In this document: piece after piece, positions 60,158 to 64,000 of the stretch
How positions within the stretch are numbered: the stretch's first letter is position 1
Layout of the letters: each line of letters starts with the position of its first letter
Source: a virus
IMG/VR virus record: IMGVR_UViG_3300042868_011225
Location: 32,001-96,000 of that record
DNA length: 64,000 bases
Strand: one strand, 5' to 3'
Position numbers and translations under genes: made by a program
Notes under the pieces: generated by a model
What the model was told of the DNA's origin: nothing
Databases searched by the model: none
The model's input: only the letters and a program-made list of their open reading frames with translations

Positions 60158-60218
60158 CGTTTATACCCTTTACACATAATTTTATTTTCAGTAACTTTAA
60201 ATATTAAAAATAAAAACT

Positions 60219-60461
60219 ATGAAATCAATACTTATTAAAGAATCTGACAGATTATTCAGTAAAATACATAAAAACAAATATGTTCCTGTGTATTTGATTT
60301 ACTTAATTGAAAATGACGTTAAATTAGAGTGTTACAGCGAACTTGGGGCTGAAAATAAAGCAATGAGAGTAAATGAACTTATCGTGGCTAATTTCGACCT
60401 AGATATAGCTGTAGAAGATATAATCCAAGAAGTTACATTTGAGGAATTTAAAAACAATTAA
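60219..60461 (+). CDS. Hypothetical protein
   Basis: 80-aa ORF. Confidence 0.6.
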   Translation: MKSILIKESDRLFSKIHKNKYVPVYLIYLIENDVKLECYSELGAENKAMRVNELIVANFDLDIAVEDIIQEVTFEEFKNN

Positions 60462-60464
60462 AAA

Positions 60465-60818
60465 ATGGCAGAAGAAAAACAACATCCATTAGTGCTTGTA
60501 TTCTATTTAGATATAGAATTACTTAGCAATAGAGAAATTGCACAACCATTCGTTGATATGGTTAATGACGTAATAGCACAGAAAGATGCTAACGCAATCG
60601 CATTCTTTTTACCAACACGTGGTGAAGAAAGAATAGAATGTATCAATCCAATAATCATGAAAGAAGCTGATATGGAAAAGGTTAATAAAATGATAGAGGA
60701 TATCAAAGAACAGTTTTCAATAGCTGCTGAGATGGAACTTTTGGATGAAGAAATAACACCTGATGATAACCCATGTGAATGTGGTGGAAATTGCAAATGC
60801 GACAAACAAAATGACTAA
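60465..60818 (+). CDS. Hypothetical protein with Cys-rich tail
   Basis: ILVFY-like N-terminus (LVLVFYL), RIECINP, C-terminal CECGGNCKC. Confidence 0.65.
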   Translation: MAEEKQHPLVLVFYLDIELLSNREIAQPFVDMVNDVIAQKDANAIAFFLPTRGEERIECINPIIMKEADMEKVNKMIEDIKEQFSIAAEMELLDEEITPDDNPCECGGNCKCDKQND

Positions 60819-60999
60819 CGAAAACAAAGCATTAATCTATGACGAATGTCTTAGAGAGAGTGACCATTTACAAAGAGTAAATTCAAAGATAAAATCAGAA
60901 TACGCTGGGAATATCCCACCTGAACAACAATTAATTCTAGATAGAAACAACGAAAGAATTAGCTATCTAGTAAAAAGACTTGAAGGTTTATTTAGCTAA
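60811..60999 (+). CDS. Small hypothetical protein
   Basis: ATG 60811 overlaps previous stop; TAATG coupling to the next gene. Confidence 0.6.
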   Translation: MTNENKALIYDECLRESDHLQRVNSKIKSEYAGNIPPEQQLILDRNNERISYLVKRLEGLFS

Positions 61000-61673
61000 T
61001 GGAAGAAAATCAAATGGTAATTAATTATCTAGATAGATATTATAGGATTATCAATAATAAATGTATTAATGGTGAGGGTAATATTGTAACTGGTGATAAA
61101 ATAGTTAAAAATATGGTTACTATATTTACTCTTTCAGAAGACGTGTGTGTAAATATAGTAAAAGAATGGGCTGAAAGAAATGGATTGGAAAAATCAGTTT
61201 CTGATGAAATAAAATGGGTTATACCAAAAAAAGTATATCCACCTGTAAATAGAGATATTAATCGACATATTGCGTATGAACCAAAGAGGCAAAATCGATT
61301 TTTGGTAAATATGCCAGAAGAATTTGAGATACAACAATGGGTAATACAAAGAGCTAGCAGACCATCAACATATATTTTAAGAGATGGTCCTGATGGATGT
61401 GAAATTCGATATGACCCAATGACATTGGTTTTTAATGACCCTATTGGTCCATCGATAGCACAAAGGTTAAATATAATTTTACGTGAAAGAGCAGCAGACC
61501 CATTTGATTTTTCAATTGACCTGCTTGACCCAACTGGTGTTGTTGTTGAACAATGGATTTTTACTAATTGCTATTTCGAATCAATGGATTTTGGTCCTTT
61601 AGATATGAGTGCAAATGATATTGTTACCTGTGCGGTAACAATAAGTATTGGTAATATGATTTTAAATTTTTAA
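60999..61673 (+). CDS. Tail tube (T4 gp19-like) domain fused to an unrelated N-terminal domain
   Basis: YEPKRQNRF, ASRPS, F.DPIGPS.AQ, LLDPTGVVVEQW....C....DFG.LD. Confidence 0.7.
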   Translation: MEENQMVINYLDRYYRIINNKCINGEGNIVTGDKIVKNMVTIFTLSEDVCVNIVKEWAERNGLEKSVSDEIKWVIPKKVYPPVNRDINRHIAYEPKRQNRFLVNMPEEFEIQQWVIQRASRPSTYILRDGPDGCEIRYDPMTLVFNDPIGPSIAQRLNIILRERAADPFDFSIDLLDPTGVVVEQWIFTNCYFESMDFGPLDMSANDIVTCAVTISIGNMILNF

Positions 61674-61696
61674 ACCCACTATATGTGGGTTTTTTT
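61672..61696. terminator. Terminator between convergent genes
   Basis: AAACCCAC-TATAT-GTGGGTTT plus T run. Confidence 0.75.
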
Positions 61697-62354
61697 ATGG
61701 TCTTGTACTAGTACGTCTTATTTTGGTATATGGCCAGCCAGTGTTATCATGAATTACATCATACATCCTACCAATGTTAGCTGGACTAGCAGTACCCATA
61801 AACAATAAACTCTTAATCTTTTGTTTTTTAGCAATTTTGGCTAGTGTATGGTGTAATCGTTGAGCATCTTCCAATTTCTTACAAATAACCATATCAAATT
61901 GGTCTTCGTTGTGTATTATCAATTTATTATATACAACAATTATTTGTTTAACCATTTTTTTACCATGAGCACCTATCATAAGTCTTTTTACTACTTCAGA
62001 TACGTTAGGTCTATCTTTATTATTCTCTAATCCGTAAATCCAAAAAGTTTCTTCAATATTATAATCAGCTGAAGCTAGTATAGTCCAATCACCTAAAGGT
62101 TCTTCGGTATATAATTTACCGTACCCATCTCTAAGAATACGAAACGTATCACCTTCTTCGGTGATTTTAGTTACGCATATTTGATATTTTACTGGTTTCA
62201 ACCCATTAGAGTTGATGAATTTCCTAGGGAACATAATATTGTTATTTTCTTCCCTCAAAGAATGAAAATTGATGTATGCTGTTTCGCTAGTTTTGCTTCT
62301 ATGTAAAGTCTTCTTATATTTACCGTTTACCAATAAAACTACTCTGAATACCAT
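61695..62354 (-). CDS. Hypothetical basic protein
   Basis: 219-aa ORF filling a gap with no plus-strand gene. Confidence 0.7.
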   Translation of the reverse strand: MVFRVVLLVNGKYKKTLHRSKTSETAYINFHSLREENNNIMFPRKFINSNGLKPVKYQICVTKITEEGDTFRILRDGYGKLYTEEPLGDWTILASADYNIEETFWIYGLENNKDRPNVSEVVKRLMIGAHGKKMVKQIIVVYNKLIIHNEDQFDMVICKKLEDAQRLHHTLAKIAKKQKIKSLLFMGTASPANIGRMYDVIHDNTGWPYTKIRRTSTRP

Positions 62355-62413
62355 AATTTATTTGTTTATATCAATAATTATACGTAATATTGCAAAAATA
62401 TAAATACATTACT

Positions 62414-63457
62414 ATGAATAAAAAAGATTATTATGAAGTTTTAGGATTAAAAAAGGGTGCTAATGCCAGTGAAATCAAAAAAGCCTATAGAACTCTTGCT
62501 AAAGAATTACACCCTGACAAAGGCGGTGATGAAAATGCATTCAAAGAAGTTAGCGAAGCATATGAGGTTTTATCGGATACTGATAAGAAAAATAGATACG
62601 ACCAATTTGGTCACGAAGATTCTGGCGGTGGTGGCGGTGGTCATGACCCATTCGGGTTCAATGCATTTCGTAATGGATTTGGTGGATTTGGTCGTCCACA
62701 ACAACCAGCAGAACGCATTGGTGACAATATGAATCTGCTTATTAAATTAACACTAGAAGAAATTTATACTGGTGTTAAAAAAACTTACAAATACTCCAGA
62801 AATGGTACTTGCACGACATGTAGTGGTCATGGGGGTACAGATATCGATGATTGTAGTACATGTAATGGTAGTGGTGTTTATACTAGGATTCTACAAACAC
62901 CAATAGGTATGATGCAACAACAAATGCAATGTCCAACGTGTTCTGGTTTAGGTAAATCATACAAGGTTCAATGTGGTGTGTGTAATGGTCAAGGTACCAA
63001 ACCTACTGAAGAAACAATTGAAGTTGATATCCCATCAGGTGTAGCTGAAGGAATGACATTTGTTATGTCTGAAAAAGGACAAGGTATCAAAGGTGGTAAA
63101 TGCGGTAATTTACTTATCAACATCCAAGAAATCAAACATAAACAATACCAAAGAAGTGGAAATGATTTGAAACTTAATTTAAAGGTTAATTATCCTTTGC
63201 TTATTTTAGGTGGTAAGGTTGAAGTGGAACTTATTGAAGGTACTAAAATTAGAGTTTCAGTACCAGAATATAGTGATGTTGGTGGACATTTAAGGATACA
63301 AGGTAAAGGTATGAAATTCTTAAATCAAGACCAAAGAGGTGATATACTTATTACGTTAGGTGTTGAAGTACCTAAAAATTTAGATGATGATACCAAAGCA
63401 GTTTTAATAGATTTAAAAGAAAAACTAGAAAAAAATGTTGGTACTATAGAAAATTAG
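62414..63457 (+). CDS. dnaJ: DnaJ chaperone (J domain, G/F region, zinc fingers, C-terminal domain)
   Basis: DYYEVLG..HPDK, four CxxCxGxG repeats; ATG 62414 after promoter-like TTG-N20-TAATATTG. Confidence 0.95.
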   Translation: MNKKDYYEVLGLKKGANASEIKKAYRTLAKELHPDKGGDENAFKEVSEAYEVLSDTDKKNRYDQFGHEDSGGGGGGHDPFGFNAFRNGFGGFGRPQQPAERIGDNMNLLIKLTLEEIYTGVKKTYKYSRNGTCTTCSGHGGTDIDDCSTCNGSGVYTRILQTPIGMMQQQMQCPTCSGLGKSYKVQCGVCNGQGTKPTEETIEVDIPSGVAEGMTFVMSEKGQGIKGGKCGNLLINIQEIKHKQYQRSGNDLKLNLKVNYPLLILGGKVEVELIEGTKIRVSVPEYSDVGGHLRIQGKGMKFLNQDQRGDILITLGVEVPKNLDDDTKAVLIDLKEKLEKNVGTIEN

Positions 63458-63468
63458 TAGTAAGTTTG
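63438..63468 (+). promoter_or_regulatory. Bacteroidetes-type promoter TTG-N20-TAAGTTTG
   Basis: Upstream of ATG 63514. Confidence 0.65.
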
Positions 63469-63513
63469 CTAATATTAAAAATAACAATTACTTTATAAAT
63501 TAAATTAAACAAG

Positions 63514-63924
63514 ATGGCAAAATTTGACGAACCATTTGAGGACACCCAAGCATTATATGACGAAAAAATCAAGGCTGTGGGGTTGGACCAATTCATTAAC
63601 ATTACCGTTGTTGTAAACAACACTGCGAAAGAACTTTTCAAGGTTAACAAAGCAAACGATTTATTGAAATACCGTACTGGTGACGATGTATTAATCGTTT
63701 TGAACGAAAAGATTTTCGAACAATTAACTGATGCTCAAAAACACATAGTTGTTGAAGATTCATTAGCTAGCATCCATTTTGATAGTGAAAAGGATAGACT
63801 AGTAATAACAAAACCAGACGTAATTGCATACTCTGGTATCCTTTCTAAGTTCACGTTTGAAACTTGGAATGTGGTTAGAGAGTCCATTAAAACTCTTTAT
63901 GCTGCTGAAAAATCCGAAGCTTAA
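63514..63924 (+). CDS. Hypothetical protein, weak resemblance to putative phage metallopeptidases but lacking HExxH
   Basis: DVLIVLNE..FEQL...QK..VVEDSL..I, KPDV. Confidence 0.55.
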   Translation: MAKFDEPFEDTQALYDEKIKAVGLDQFINITVVVNNTAKELFKVNKANDLLKYRTGDDVLIVLNEKIFEQLTDAQKHIVVEDSLASIHFDSEKDRLVITKPDVIAYSGILSKFTFETWNVVRESIKTLYAAEKSEA

Positions 63925-64000
63925 TGACTCGTGATGAAATAGCAGAAATTAATCCAGAAGCGTTATTGTGTGATGGATTCGATGAAGCAATTATAGGCAT
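63924..64000 (+). CDS. 3'-truncated phage hypothetical protein
   Basis: TAATG overlap; MTRDEIAEINPEALLCDGFDEAIIG runs off the window end. Confidence 0.65.
   Translation, partial: MTRDEIAEINPEALLCDGFDEAIIG

Noticed and set aside
59902-60218. tRNA gene or hammerhead ribozyme
   Set aside because: No GTTCRA T-loop or cloverleaf, and no CTGANGA/GAAA core; kept only as an unknown structured RNA
3445-60805. Numerous minus-strand and short alternate-frame ORFs in the track (e.g. 3445-3687, 13895-14245, 17139-17396, 44866-45429, 52431-53030, 58428-59760)
   Set aside because: They lie wholly within well-supported plus-strand genes and have the Ser/Leu/Phe-rich composition of antisense shadows; only 56849-57181 and 61695-62354 fill real gaps
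1-64000. Stop-codon reassignment (TAG or TGA), as in some large Bacteroidetes phages
   Set aside because: Conserved genes are full length in the standard code; TAG ends genes at natural C-termini, and in-frame read-through of TAG 53728 gives a short nonsensical peptide

Overview
AT-rich, almost entirely plus-strand, gene-dense segment of a large T4-like (contractile-tail, probably jumbo) bacteriophage read in the standard genetic code. The host is very probably a Bacteroidetes/Flavobacteria member: about ten TTG-N19-21-TAnnTTTG promoters, no Shine-Dalgarno sites, SprB-like repeats and an Hc1-like protein. Gene order: truncated baseplate-hub/lysin gene; acidic putative head proteins; replication/recombination genes (gp32-like SSB, UvsX/RecA, 5'-3' exonuclease, DnaB-like helicase, nrdB/nrdA); a ~25 kb baseplate/tail module (gp25, gp6/J-like, very large Cys-rich adhesin-like proteins, an embedded minimal nucleotidyltransferase); RuvC-like resolvase, primase, PD-(D/E)xK nuclease, Dda-like helicase, SbcD/SbcC; a sigma70 factor; a lysis/head-protein region (degenerate amidase, spanin-like overlapping pair, GH19 endolysin); and an accessory region (Hc1-like, RNase HII, DUF2828/TROVE-like vWA protein followed by a structured non-coding region, tail-tube paralog, DnaJ). 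Best leads: (1) a putative TROVE-like protein plus ncRNA module at 58462-60157; (2) a -1 frameshift/slippage site on an A10 run joining 52156-53730 to 53745-54092; (3) a eukaryote-like thrombospondin-1 module displayed in a tail protein; (4) a second promoter class (ATATTTAT), sometimes exactly 4 nt before ATG; (5) a recurrent [ST]-G-x-T motif in tail proteins and (L/I/V)-x-E motifs in putative head proteins. All family assignments come from motif recognition by eye; no database searches were run.
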